Assembly: GCA_963665235.2 (NCBI GenBank)
Contig: CAXXLX010000001.1
Span: forward strand, 3,424,001 to 3,488,000
Direction of reading: 5' to 3'
Origin: Candidatus Poribacteria bacterium
GTDB taxonomy: Bacteria > Poribacteria > WGA-4E > WGA-3G
DNA length: 64,000 nt
The notes beneath the pieces were generated by a model, which saw nothing but the letters and a program-made list of their open reading frames with translations, ran no database searches and had not been told where the DNA came from. A program made the position numbers and the translations under genes. Positions 19,215 to 28,326 of this stretch are shown here, piece by piece (position 1 is the stretch's first letter; every line of letters starts with the position of its first letter).

Positions 19215-20168
19215 ATGGAAAACCGGATATTTGATAAACTTGCTGATACGGAGCGACTTGCACAAAGTCCTATTCTCGTTTTTGCTGCGGACCCGCTTGC
19301 CTCCGCTGGTATTCAAGGACTGGGACAAGTTCAGCATCCAAAACCGCATTATCGTACCCACGCGGAGTTTTTACAACTTCAACGCGACCTCGTTGCTGAT
19401 GGACAGCTAGATGGATTGCTGATGACACCCGCAGATGCGGAAACACTTGCCCTTGAAGAAAACCTGTTTGCGAATTCACACATCACGCCTATTGTCCGAA
19501 TGAATTCGGAGACAGCTATCTGGAACCCCCGTTTCGGAGTTTATACCTCTCGACCCTCCCTGCCTTTTCAAACGGTGTTCCCTGAGGACATGCAACGTTA
19601 TTGCGAAACACTTATCGGTCCTGCCCTTGAATGCCGTGTTAATCTCGGATTATATTCTATTACGCTCAACAATGACCCTGTCATTGACGAACGGATGTTG
19701 CAGGCGTATGTGCAATTTGCACATATCGTTGGCGAAATTGAGGGTTTTGACCATCTGTTAGAGGTTTTTCTGCCGAATGTTAAACTGCCGGGGATGGATG
19801 AGGAGAAGCGCGGTATGTACGTTGCAGACTCTATCGTTCGCACAATGAGCTATCTCCGAAAACATCAACGTCCCCGGTTTATCAAAACTGCCTACACGAC
19901 TGCTGAAGTCTGGCGTGAGTTGTGTGAATTCGATACAACCCTTGTTATCGGGGCTTTAGGGGGCCCGCGGCAAAATGCTCGGAGCACCTTTGCATTGGCA
20001 CATAATGTCGCTCAGAACGGCGGCCGCGCTATCCTATTCGGGCGGACTATTTTTGGTGAAGATTCCCCTGTCGGTTTTGTACGGTGTCTCCGCCGTGTGT
20101 TTGATGGCGAATTTGACCCGCAGACTGCACACGCGGAGTATCAGAAACATCTCCGAACACAAAATTAA
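19215..20168 (+). CDS. Hypothetical class-I aldolase-like TIM-barrel protein
   Basis: FIKTAYT, GALGG, GGRAILFGRTIF resemble DhnA/LacD-like aldolase C-terminal motifs; SD AAGGA. Confidence 0.6.
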   Translation: MENRIFDKLADTERLAQSPILVFAADPLASAGIQGLGQVQHPKPHYRTHAEFLQLQRDLVADGQLDGLLMTPADAETLALEENLFANSHITPIVRMNSETAIWNPRFGVYTSRPSLPFQTVFPEDMQRYCETLIGPALECRVNLGLYSITLNNDPVIDERMLQAYVQFAHIVGEIEGFDHLLEVFLPNVKLPGMDEEKRGMYVADSIVRTMSYLRKHQRPRFIKTAYTTAEVWRELCEFDTTLVIGALGGPRQNARSTFALAHNVAQNGGRAILFGRTIFGEDSPVGFVRCLRRVFDGEFDPQTAHAEYQKHLRTQN

Positions 20169-20346
20169 AAAACTTTACACACCCTGTTGTGTTTTTTTTC
20201 AAAATGCTGTATAATTCTATCATTGGTTGTGGTGGTGCGTGGTAAAGAAGTTCATGCACGCCGCCGCAGGACGACTCGTTTGTCAAAAACTTTCAACTTT
20301 TAATAGTAAGGGGTGCCTTGTAAGCACACCTTGTAAGGAGGAATTT

Positions 20347-20640
20347 ATGTTCACAAAAATATCGGCAGTCTTTCTCATCGTAGGAATGCTGTTTGCTATC
20401 GGTTGCGCTACACACATTCACAAAATCGGTAACGGTGCGCAGGGGAATGACATTGATGAAGCACGCCAATGGTATGTCCTCTGGGGACTCGTGCCAATCA
20501 ATGAAGTGGATACGAACGCCATGGCTGGCGGCGCAACCGATTATGAAATTATTACCGAGGTCACCCCAATTGATTTCGTAATCAGTCTTTTCACAGGTAT
20601 TATCACGGTCGATTCTCGGACAGTGTCTGTCCGGAAATAA
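20347..20640 (+). CDS. Bor/Iss-like small lipoprotein
   Basis: Lipobox AIGC, WYVLWGLVP; SD AAGGAGG. Confidence 0.7.
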   Translation: MFTKISAVFLIVGMLFAIGCATHIHKIGNGAQGNDIDEARQWYVLWGLVPINEVDTNAMAGGATDYEIITEVTPIDFVISLFTGIITVDSRTVSVRK

Positions 20641-20654
20641 CGGCTGTCGGATTT

Positions 20655-20727
20655 ATAGTAAAACCTATAATTAGTAGGACATTGGGGTAGCTGTGGCACA
20701 TTTTGTAAGCACACCTACCCCAGTGCC
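20655..20727 (+). repeat. MITE-end (TATAGTAAA) plus GTAG hairpin
   Basis: TATAGTAAA left end as at 57899; GGACATTGGGGTAG...CTACCCCAGTGCC stem. Confidence 0.5.
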
Positions 20728-20788
20728 GTTTCTGAAACAGAAACCGTTGACCGTTATGAAGTTTAACCCCCACTTTTCATAAACCGTC

Positions 20789-21790
20789 CTACCGCGCCCC
20801 AGTTATTCCGACCGCCTTCCGAACCTTTGCCAAAATCGGTACTGCGATGTCGCGTGCTTTCTCAGCACCGCTTTTTAGCACCTTCTCCAATTCATCCCGA
20901 TTCTCCACTAGGACATCGTACTCCTCACGTTGTGCCGAAAAGGTTGACACTATCAATTCAAAGAGCTCCTTTTTTATTTCACCGTACGCGAGCCCCCCAT
21001 CAAGATAAAGTTGTCGCTTCGCTTCTACTGCATCCGTATCCGCGAAATGTTGGTATATAGCAAAGACATTACACTCATCCGGATTCTTCGGCTCTTCAGG
21101 ACGTTTAGAATCTGTTACGATACGCATGACCTGTTTACGGATTTGGTTTAATGGGGCAAAAATCGGGATTACGTTGTTATAACTTTTGCTCATCTTTCTC
21201 CCATCAAGTCCGTAGATAGTTCTTACCTCTTTCCGGATGACAGCTTCCGGCACGACTAAGACCTCCCGATAATTCTTATTAAAGGTGAGGGCGACATCAC
21301 GTGTAATTTCGAGATGCTGTTGTTGGTCAAGTCCTACGGGAACGACGTGTGTTCCGAATAGCAGGATATCTGCCGCCATCAGAACCGGATAGGTAAAGAG
21401 ACCCACATTGATACCCTTATCCTCTTCGCGCCCGGCAGCGAGGTTATCGTCGACTATGGCTTTATAGGCGTGAGCACGATTTAGCAATCCCTTCGACGTA
21501 AAACACGCCAACACCCATGCCAACTCAAATACCTCTGGGATATCGGATTGTCGGTAAAAAATGACCTCTTCAGGGTTCAACCCGAGTGCCATCCACGTTG
21601 CAGTCACCTGATAGGTCAAATCTTCTAGTTCTTTTCTGTCCTTGACCGTAGTGAGGGCGTGATAATCCGCGATAAAGTAGAGTGCCTGATACTCTTTCGC
21701 TAGTTCAAGTGCAGGTTTAATCATTCCGAGATAGTTGCCGATATGCGGCTGTCCCGTCGGTTTGATTCCTGTTAAAGCAATTTGTTTCAA
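20789..21790 (-). CDS. trpS: Tryptophan--tRNA ligase
   Basis: TGIKPTGQPHIGNY, YPVLMAADIL, VPVGLDQQQH, KMSKS. Confidence 0.97.
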   Translation of the reverse strand: MKQIALTGIKPTGQPHIGNYLGMIKPALELAKEYQALYFIADYHALTTVKDRKELEDLTYQVTATWMALGLNPEEVIFYRQSDIPEVFELAWVLACFTSKGLLNRAHAYKAIVDDNLAAGREEDKGINVGLFTYPVLMAADILLFGTHVVPVGLDQQQHLEITRDVALTFNKNYREVLVVPEAVIRKEVRTIYGLDGRKMSKSYNNVIPIFAPLNQIRKQVMRIVTDSKRPEEPKNPDECNVFAIYQHFADTDAVEAKRQLYLDGGLAYGEIKKELFELIVSTFSAQREEYDVLVENRDELEKVLKSGAEKARDIAVPILAKVRKAVGITGAR

Positions 21791-21843
21791 TTGTATCTAT
21801 TCCCCTTTGTTAGTTTAGTGTTTGTGGGTCGGGTTGAACGAAG

Positions 21844-22701
21844 TCAAACGACCCGCTGGATGACCACAGCATCCCCGCGTTTTAATCCCAGACCCGTTTC
21901 GGCACTGCCCAAATTGATAGCAATTTCTAACAATCCAAAACTACCGATAATTGCAAGTGGCACGCCGGCATCAGATTCAGCATAAGAGCTGTTCAGTTTT
22001 TTCAGACACGTATTGCCAACCCTAATCTCAAATTGGTTACCTTGTCCCGCCTGCTGAGCCAGCGCGTCCGGCAGAGACGGAAACAGAAATGCGGCGAGCA
22101 TCTCTTCAGAGATATTCGTAATCACATTCCCAAACTTGTCAATCTTGATAATTTGACCTATCAATCTGTTTTCTGAACGTTGCACCGTAGGAATTGGAAA
22201 CCGAACAATCTCCTGCGTTCGTGTGCCGAGCTCTTCCAGCATAACACCAAGCGATACATGCGCGGCGACAGGTGCGAAAATATCCCGCCCATGAAAGGTA
22301 TTGCTCACGTGCGGTAAATGATAGGCGGGGGTATCAAGAATTACGGCATCCATATCACCTTCGATTTCCTGCAACACATAACTTAGCACACCGTTGTTCG
22401 GACACACAAAAAACGCGTGAGCGGTTTGGCAAACTATCGCCTCGCGATTGCTGCCAACGCCAGGGTCCACTACGATGACATGAATTGTGCCTGCCGGGAA
22501 ATAGCGATAGGCGGAGCTAATTGCGAAGGCGGCTTCATGAATGTCCTGTGGCGGAATAACGTGCGTAATGTCAATAATCTTGGCATTCGGATTAATGCCG
22601 AGGATGACACCCTTCATAACTCCGACATACACATCATTGGTACCAAAATCGGTTGTTAAGGTGATGCACTGATGTGTGTTTACAGGTGTGCCTGCATCCA
22701 T
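21844..22701 (-). CDS. SAM hydroxide adenosyltransferase / chlorinase-fluorinase family (DUF62)
   Basis: ITLTTDFG, VVDPGVG, SNTFHGRDIFAPVAA, IDKFGNVITN. Confidence 0.9.
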   Translation of the reverse strand: MDAGTPVNTHQCITLTTDFGTNDVYVGVMKGVILGINPNAKIIDITHVIPPQDIHEAAFAISSAYRYFPAGTIHVIVVDPGVGSNREAIVCQTAHAFFVCPNNGVLSYVLQEIEGDMDAVILDTPAYHLPHVSNTFHGRDIFAPVAAHVSLGVMLEELGTRTQEIVRFPIPTVQRSENRLIGQIIKIDKFGNVITNISEEMLAAFLFPSLPDALAQQAGQGNQFEIRVGNTCLKKLNSSYAESDAGVPLAIIGSFGLLEIAINLGSAETGLGLKRGDAVVIQRVV

Positions 22702-23480
22702 GCAAAACTTTTCCGTTGGCCGGTGCCGTCGTTTTCTCTACCTTCGTATTCGCAGCACCAGACCCCGTCGTATCCTGCTGCTTTTAAGCAGGAAATTGCT
22801 TTCGCCAGGTCTAGTTCTCCTTCACCGAGGGCTTCCCCGCGGTAATTCCCGCGTGAACCGGTGCCATCCTTTAGATGTGTATGTAAGGTATAGGGTGCGA
22901 TAATTTCGTAAAATCTCCCCACTGTTTCTAGGTCATGCCCTGCCCATCGGTAATTCATCGTATCCATATTGGCCCCGACGTGCTTGGAACCGACCCGTTC
23001 GAACAGTTCTACCTGTAAATCGCCATCGTTGGTAACAAGGCCGTGGTTATCTACAGCGAAGTAGATATCCTCCTTTTCGGCGAATTCTAGGCATCGGGTG
23101 AGGCATCCCGCCATAGCTTCGACCCATCGGCTCTGCGGCACGGAGTCCTTCATAGCACCGCCTTCCGTTCGGATAACGGAGGTGCCGAGACGTTTTGCCA
23201 GCCCGGCGATCCGTTCCATCCGTGAAACTTGTGCCTGAATTGCGTCTTCCGCTAACAGCACAAAGTCGTTCCCCGCTGCGAGTGCCGACACTTGCAGTCC
23301 GTAGGATTCAACTTGTGCCCTCACAGCTTCGGCACTCTTTTCAGGGTCGGTAGTTTCCGCTTTCCAAACATCGCCTATTGGAAGTTCAACATACTCGAAC
23401 CCGGTCTCACTCGTGAATTTAAGAAAGTCGTCAAGCGATTTGCCTGCGTAGTTGTAATGAATAAGTCCTAATTTTGACAT
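22680..23480 (-). CDS. Sugar phosphate isomerase/epimerase (xylose-isomerase-like TIM barrel)
   Basis: GFEYVEL, DNHG, MDTMN, HTHLKD, LGEGELD, CEYEG; start at MSKLG. Confidence 0.85.
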   Translation of the reverse strand: MSKLGLIHYNYAGKSLDDFLKFTSETGFEYVELPIGDVWKAETTDPEKSAEAVRAQVESYGLQVSALAAGNDFVLLAEDAIQAQVSRMERIAGLAKRLGTSVIRTEGGAMKDSVPQSRWVEAMAGCLTRCLEFAEKEDIYFAVDNHGLVTNDGDLQVELFERVGSKHVGANMDTMNYRWAGHDLETVGRFYEIIAPYTLHTHLKDGTGSRGNYRGEALGEGELDLAKAISCLKAAGYDGVWCCEYEGRENDGTGQRKSFAWMQAHL

Positions 23481-23613
23481 AATTTTTAATGTTTCCTTAT
23501 ACTGTTCCGCGATTGATTGTGATGGTGTCTGTCCTCTTGCGTCGATATTAATGATACCAGAGTTCGCGTCAAATATCAACTTTAATTTTCAGATTCGCCA
23601 CAAAAAAATTCTC

Positions 23614-23642
23614 TTGCATCTTTAAAATTGTTATGTTATAAT
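23614..23642 (+). promoter_or_regulatory. Promoter of mqnE operon
   Basis: TTGCAT-17-TATAAT. Confidence 0.6.
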
Positions 23643-23709
23643 ATTTCCATTGAAGGAAAAATATTAAACAGTTTTTTAAATACGGACTATGCCAAAGGTA
23701 TAGGAGATA

Positions 23710-24846
23710 ATGGCGAACTATAATCACTTTACAGATTCTAAATTACCTGCCATCTACGAAAAAGTCAAGGCAGAAGAGCGGCTCACCTTTGCAGAGGGGG
23801 TCACGCTTTACGAAAGTCCCGATATTACAGGGGTGGGATTTATTGCTCACCACGTCCGGGAACGTTTAAACGGTAACGTCGCTTACTATAACATCAATCA
23901 ACATATAGATTATTCAAATGTGTGTATTCTTCATGCACGCTGTCATTTTTGTGCCTTTGCTCGAAAAAACATGCAGACTGAAGGTGCGTGGGAGATGAGC
24001 GTTGATGAATTTTTAGACAAAGCGATGTACTCTATACAACACGGCTGCACCGAGATTCATAGTGTCGGCGGATTACACCCGAAGCTGCCGTTTGACTACT
24101 ATCTCGATATTATCCGTGGGCTCAAAGAACGGATGCCACAGGTGCATCTCAAATTCTTCACGGCTATTGAAATTCATCATTTTTCCCGCATCTTTAAGAT
24201 GTCAGTAGAAGAGGTTTTAAAGCAGCTCTGGGATGCCGGTTTGGATTCGTTGCCCGGTGGGGGGGCAGAAATCTTTGCGGAAGAGACGCGCGAAAAAATC
24301 TGTCCCGGTAAACTCAGCGCGGAGGGATGGCTTGAAATTCATGAGATTGCACATCGTCTCGGCATCCCTACTAATGCAACAATGCTTTATGGGCATCTGG
24401 AAACGAACGAGGATAGGGTTGACCATCTCATCCGGTTACGCGAACAACAGGATAAATCTGGTGGGTTTGTGACGTTCATTCCGCTTGCGTTTCACCCTGC
24501 GAACACGCGCATGGCGTATCTTCCCTCAACCACAGGGTTAACCGATTTGCGGAATATTGCTGTTGCCCGTCTCCTGCTGGATAATTTTCCACATATTAAA
24601 GTGTATTGGATTATGACAGGGTTGAAAACTGCGCAAGTTGCACTCCGTTTCGGTGCGGATGATATTGATGGTACGGTCACGGAGGAGAAAATTACGCACA
24701 TGGCAGGGGCGGACACTCCGGAATCTGTTACCGTTGAAGCACTCACGCGCCTTATTGAAGAGGCAGGCTTTATCCCAGTTGAACGGGATACACTTTACAA
24801 TCAAATCATTCGAGAGGGAAATCGGTGGTACAGAAAAGCCGCTTAA
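23710..24846 (+). CDS. mqnE: Aminofutalosine synthase (radical SAM, CofH family)
   Basis: C..xx.CHFCAF, VGGLHP, SLPGGGAEIF, NATMLYGH, FIPLAF, HIKVYW; adjacent to mqnA. Confidence 0.88.
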   Translation: MANYNHFTDSKLPAIYEKVKAEERLTFAEGVTLYESPDITGVGFIAHHVRERLNGNVAYYNINQHIDYSNVCILHARCHFCAFARKNMQTEGAWEMSVDEFLDKAMYSIQHGCTEIHSVGGLHPKLPFDYYLDIIRGLKERMPQVHLKFFTAIEIHHFSRIFKMSVEEVLKQLWDAGLDSLPGGGAEIFAEETREKICPGKLSAEGWLEIHEIAHRLGIPTNATMLYGHLETNEDRVDHLIRLREQQDKSGGFVTFIPLAFHPANTRMAYLPSTTGLTDLRNIAVARLLLDNFPHIKVYWIMTGLKTAQVALRFGADDIDGTVTEEKITHMAGADTPESVTVEALTRLIEEAGFIPVERDTLYNQIIREGNRWYRKAA

Positions 24847-25643
24847 GGGTTGGCGCAGTATCATTCTTGAACACGAAACCGCTCATTTATCCGTTATTGA
24901 ATGGTGAAATGCCGACAGAGGATATTTCCCTTAGCTGCTACGTCCCTAGCCGGCTGGCAACGTTTTTAAGCAAAGGCGAATTGGATGTCGGATTGATTCC
25001 TATCATTGAATACTTTCGCGGAAGCGTACAGGGAACCCGTTACCGAATTCTGCCCGGCATCTCTATTGCATCACACGGAAGTGTCCAAAGCATCCAATTG
25101 TTTAGCCGTGTCCCGATTCAGGACGTACAGCGGGTCGCTTTAGATACGAGTTCCCGTTCCTCTATCGTGCTTTTGAAAATTCTGCTTGCTGAAAAGTATC
25201 AGCTACAGTTGGAATTTGTACCCTGCTCCCCGTCTGTGGAACCCGCTACGGTGGACTCCGAGGCGGTCCTGCTCATTGGAGATGCGGCCCTTAAGAACCT
25301 CGGCACGACAGAATATAGCCTTGACCTCGGTGCGGAATGGCACGAATTAACAGGGTTACCGTTTGTCTATGCCTGCTGGGTTGCCAGGGCAGGAGTCTCT
25401 CTTGGCGATATACCGAATCTGCTTTTAGAAGCAAAAGCGCGTGGTATTGCCCAAATTTCTGAGATTGCGCGCATTGAATCCCAAAAATTAGGGTTATCTG
25501 AAAGTCTCTGCCGGAACTATTTGCAATATCATATCCACTATGACCTGGATGAACCGGCTATCGCTGGCATTGAACTTTTTTATGAGCTTGCGGTAAAAAA
25601 TGGGCTTGTTGCCCCAGGGGGTGCCCTCACTTTTACAGAATAG
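24825..25643 (+). CDS. mqnA: Chorismate dehydratase (futalosine pathway)
   Basis: VSFLNTKPL, SSRSS, LLIGDAAL, DLGAEWHELTGLPFVYACW. Confidence 0.92.
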   Translation: MVQKSRLRVGAVSFLNTKPLIYPLLNGEMPTEDISLSCYVPSRLATFLSKGELDVGLIPIIEYFRGSVQGTRYRILPGISIASHGSVQSIQLFSRVPIQDVQRVALDTSSRSSIVLLKILLAEKYQLQLEFVPCSPSVEPATVDSEAVLLIGDAALKNLGTTEYSLDLGAEWHELTGLPFVYACWVARAGVSLGDIPNLLLEAKARGIAQISEIARIESQKLGLSESLCRNYLQYHIHYDLDEPAIAGIELFYELAVKNGLVAPGGALTFTE

Positions 25644-25724
25644 TAGGCACGCTCCGCGTGTTGTCAAACGAACACCGAATGCCGTTACCAATTTGCGTAA
25701 GGTCTAACTAAAATAGAGTAAAAA

Positions 25725-26225
25725 ATGGAATCTTTTGAAGAATCTACATCCACTCCCGATTTTGAGCAGCAATTCGAGGAATATCTCAAGAGCTGCGGGC
25801 TCCGTTTGACCCCAAAACGTTTGGCCGTTTTAAATCAGGTGTTTGCCTACCCTGGGCATTTCCAAATTGAAGACCTCCTCGTTCAGATGCGTCGGAACGG
25901 TTGTCTCGTTTCGCGTCCCACTATCTACCGGACGCTCCCGCTGCTCATTAAAAGTGGGCTGTTGACAGAATTTATTGACGCACAGAAAAATACCCGCTAC
26001 GAAAGCATTCACTCGCTCAAAGAGCATGCACATCTTATATGTCTGCGGTGCAATCAGATTGTTGAATTTAAAGAACCGGAGATTGATGCTTTGCAGAAAG
26101 CGGTGTGTGAAGCGCACGAATTTAAACCGGTCCGCTTCAGAAATGAGATTATTGGCTACTGTGCCGAATGTCAGGCGGAGCTAGAGCCCACTCCTACAGA
26201 AGAAGAAGATCAAGAAATCATTTGA
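25725..26225 (+). CDS. fur: Fur-family transcriptional regulator
   Basis: GLRLTPKR, SRPTIYRTL, HAHLICLRC, GYCAEC. Confidence 0.88.
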   Translation: MESFEESTSTPDFEQQFEEYLKSCGLRLTPKRLAVLNQVFAYPGHFQIEDLLVQMRRNGCLVSRPTIYRTLPLLIKSGLLTEFIDAQKNTRYESIHSLKEHAHLICLRCNQIVEFKEPEIDALQKAVCEAHEFKPVRFRNEIIGYCAECQAELEPTPTEEEDQEII

Positions 26226-26250
26226 CATTGGGCTAAAAATATTGTATAAT
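26222..26250 (+). promoter_or_regulatory. Consensus sigma70 promoter for iscU-iscA
   Basis: TTGACA-17-TATAAT. Confidence 0.8.
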
Positions 26251-26288
26251 ACTTGTAAAAAATAGCAGCACAATGTGAGAAATGCCTC

Positions 26289-26654
26289 ATGTATTATACA
26301 CAGCAGGTAGTCGAACATTACGAAAACCCACGCAATACCGGCACAATTGCCGATGCAGATGGCACGGCCACTATCGGGTCCGCTGCCAGTGGGGAGATGC
26401 TAAAGCTGACGCTCAAGGTTGAAAACGACACAATCGTCGCCGCAAAGTTCCGAGCGTTCGGATGTCCGACCGCAATCGCGAGCGGCTCTGTCCTAACCGA
26501 ATTGATTACCGGTAGCCAGATTTCGGACGCGCAGAAGATTACAGCGGCGCATATATCCGAAGCGTTAGGCGGATTGCCAGCAGATAAGCTACGTTATGCT
26601 ACCTACGCTGAAGAGGCACTCAAAACAGCGATTACAAATTCGCTTGCAAAATAG
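26289..26654 (+). CDS. IscU/NifU-N-like scaffold, with degenerate Cys ligands
   Basis: YTQQVVEHYENPRNTG, KFRAFGCPTAIASGS, LGGLP..K. Confidence 0.85.
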   Translation: MYYTQQVVEHYENPRNTGTIADADGTATIGSAASGEMLKLTLKVENDTIVAAKFRAFGCPTAIASGSVLTELITGSQISDAQKITAAHISEALGGLPADKLRYATYAEEALKTAITNSLAK

Positions 26655-26663
26655 GAGAAATTT

Positions 26664-26993
26664 ATGATTACTGTCACGGAATCAGCAGCACAAAAGGCGA
26701 TTACACTCATAAACGGTAGTGAAAATGATGCCGAAGAAAAACTCGGTTTGCGAATGCAGGTCATCGGCGGGGGCTGCTCAGGTTTTCAATATAACCTTGA
26801 GTTTGGCGAGCCCAAGGACACGGATAAAGTGTTTGAATTTCACGGATTGAGGGTTTTCATTGACCCGCGCAGCACGCTCTATCTCGCTGGGTCCGTGCTG
26901 GACTACAACGACGGTCTTATGGATTCAGGCTTTAAAATTACCAACCCGAACGCTAAAAACACCTGCGGATGCGGCGAATCTTTTAACGTCTAA
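26664..26993 (+). CDS. A-type Fe-S carrier (IscA/ErpA)
   Basis: GGGCSGFQY, NPNAKNTCGCGESF. Confidence 0.92.
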   Translation: MITVTESAAQKAITLINGSENDAEEKLGLRMQVIGGGCSGFQYNLEFGEPKDTDKVFEFHGLRVFIDPRSTLYLAGSVLDYNDGLMDSGFKITNPNAKNTCGCGESFNV

Positions 26994-27488
26994 ATGTGGT
27001 CAGAGAAAGCAGACTCTGCGGAAATACGCGCTGCTCTAATCGAGGCGTTAATTCACTTTGGTGCGTTACCTGAGGCGCAGGCGGCACAAAGGCGTGAAGC
27101 AATCGGTTATCTCCTTGATCTTATCCTGCATCGCCGCTCCCCGGAGGAACACGAAGAATTGATAAGGCTAGTAGACAGACATACACACAATGTGGAGGTA
27201 GACCCCATGGCACGAACAATGGCTGAAGAACTCCTTGAACGAGGCTTCGAACAAGGTATAGAACAAGGTATAGAACAAGGTATAGAACAAGGTATAGAAC
27301 AAGGTGCGCGTGAGAACGCCATCGAAAATATCCTACTATTACTCACAGAGCGATTTCCGAATAGTGATGCCGAGGGCACAAAGCAGCGACTACAAGCTAT
27401 TCACGACATAGAACGCTTACGGCAACTCCTACGCACCGCCATGAAAACACCTAACCTCGAAACGTTCTTACAACAATTGGATACATAG
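26994..27488 (+). pseudogene. Truncated rpn 3' fragment containing an intact RpnS-like ORF 27207-27488
   Basis: No nuclease N-terminus; GGAGG-TAGACCCC-ATG MARTMAEELLERG...(EQGI)n...LTERF...IHDIERLRQL; 12-bp repeat GAACAAGGTATA at about 27249-27306. Confidence 0.65.
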
Positions 27489-27546
27489 GAGTCTGTCTAG
27501 TCTAATAAATTTATCTCGCCCTACACTATCTTGTTCAATCCAATCG

Positions 27547-28305
27547 CTAGAGCGTTTTGTATAGCTCCGCATGCCGTTGCAGCACAGCATCCGAATCCTT
27601 CGGATTGATAACCTCTATAGAGATAAAACCGGTATAACCATCTTCCGCGAGGAGCGTAAGCGAATCTTTCTCCGTATCTGGCATCGCCCCGCTGTCACCG
27701 AAGCTGACATGTGCATGCCGGACTTTGCCCCGGAGATGTACGTATGCAACGTCCACTGGTTGACCGTGTCGAACGTGATGGGCAGCGTGCCAATTCACGA
27801 ACGTGTTTTCGGCCTCTGAACGGTATAGGACTTCCGCAACATAGCTGGCGATGAGATTACCGTGTGTTTCCAGACAGAGCGCAACCCCCGCCTCACCTGC
27901 CAATTCGTCGCATGCCCGAATACCATCCGCCTCCCAATCGAGCGTCTGATCGATTTCAGCTGGTGTTTTCGGCACCGGGTCCCCGAAGATTCGGATATTT
28001 TTCGCGCCCATCGTTTCAGAAAGCCCGATATACCGCTTTAGCAAATCGACCTGTTCAGCGCGTTTCTGTGCATCCGAATTAATGAACCTCACCCCCGTTG
28101 CAATACAGGAGAGGGTTATCCCACTATCCGCTAGGCGTGCACGCGCCTCTTTGAGTTGTTGCGCGGTTGAATCCAATTCAACACCGTGCCCGTGTCCCCA
28201 TTCCACACGGAGTTCAAGGTGTTCGTAGTTGTAATGTTTCGCTTTGTCTATGAGTTCTGCCAGCGTCAATGGCGGGCAGACAGACGACATAAAACCGAAT
28301 TGCAT
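27547..28305 (-). CDS. Sugar phosphate isomerase/epimerase
   Basis: LELR, IRIFG, CLETHG, HAH, GYTGFISIE. Confidence 0.82.
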   Translation of the reverse strand: MQFGFMSSVCPPLTLAELIDKAKHYNYEHLELRVEWGHGHGVELDSTAQQLKEARARLADSGITLSCIATGVRFINSDAQKRAEQVDLLKRYIGLSETMGAKNIRIFGDPVPKTPAEIDQTLDWEADGIRACDELAGEAGVALCLETHGNLIASYVAEVLYRSEAENTFVNWHAAHHVRHGQPVDVAYVHLRGKVRHAHVSFGDSGAMPDTEKDSLTLLAEDGYTGFISIEVINPKDSDAVLQRHAELYKTL

Positions 28306-28326
28306 GTGAAACCTCCAATTTTTTTG

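Noticed and set aside
21844-22701. Bona fide halogenase (chlorinase/fluorinase)
   Set aside because: The TFHGRD motif and housekeeping context fit the common DUF62 SAM hydrolase better.
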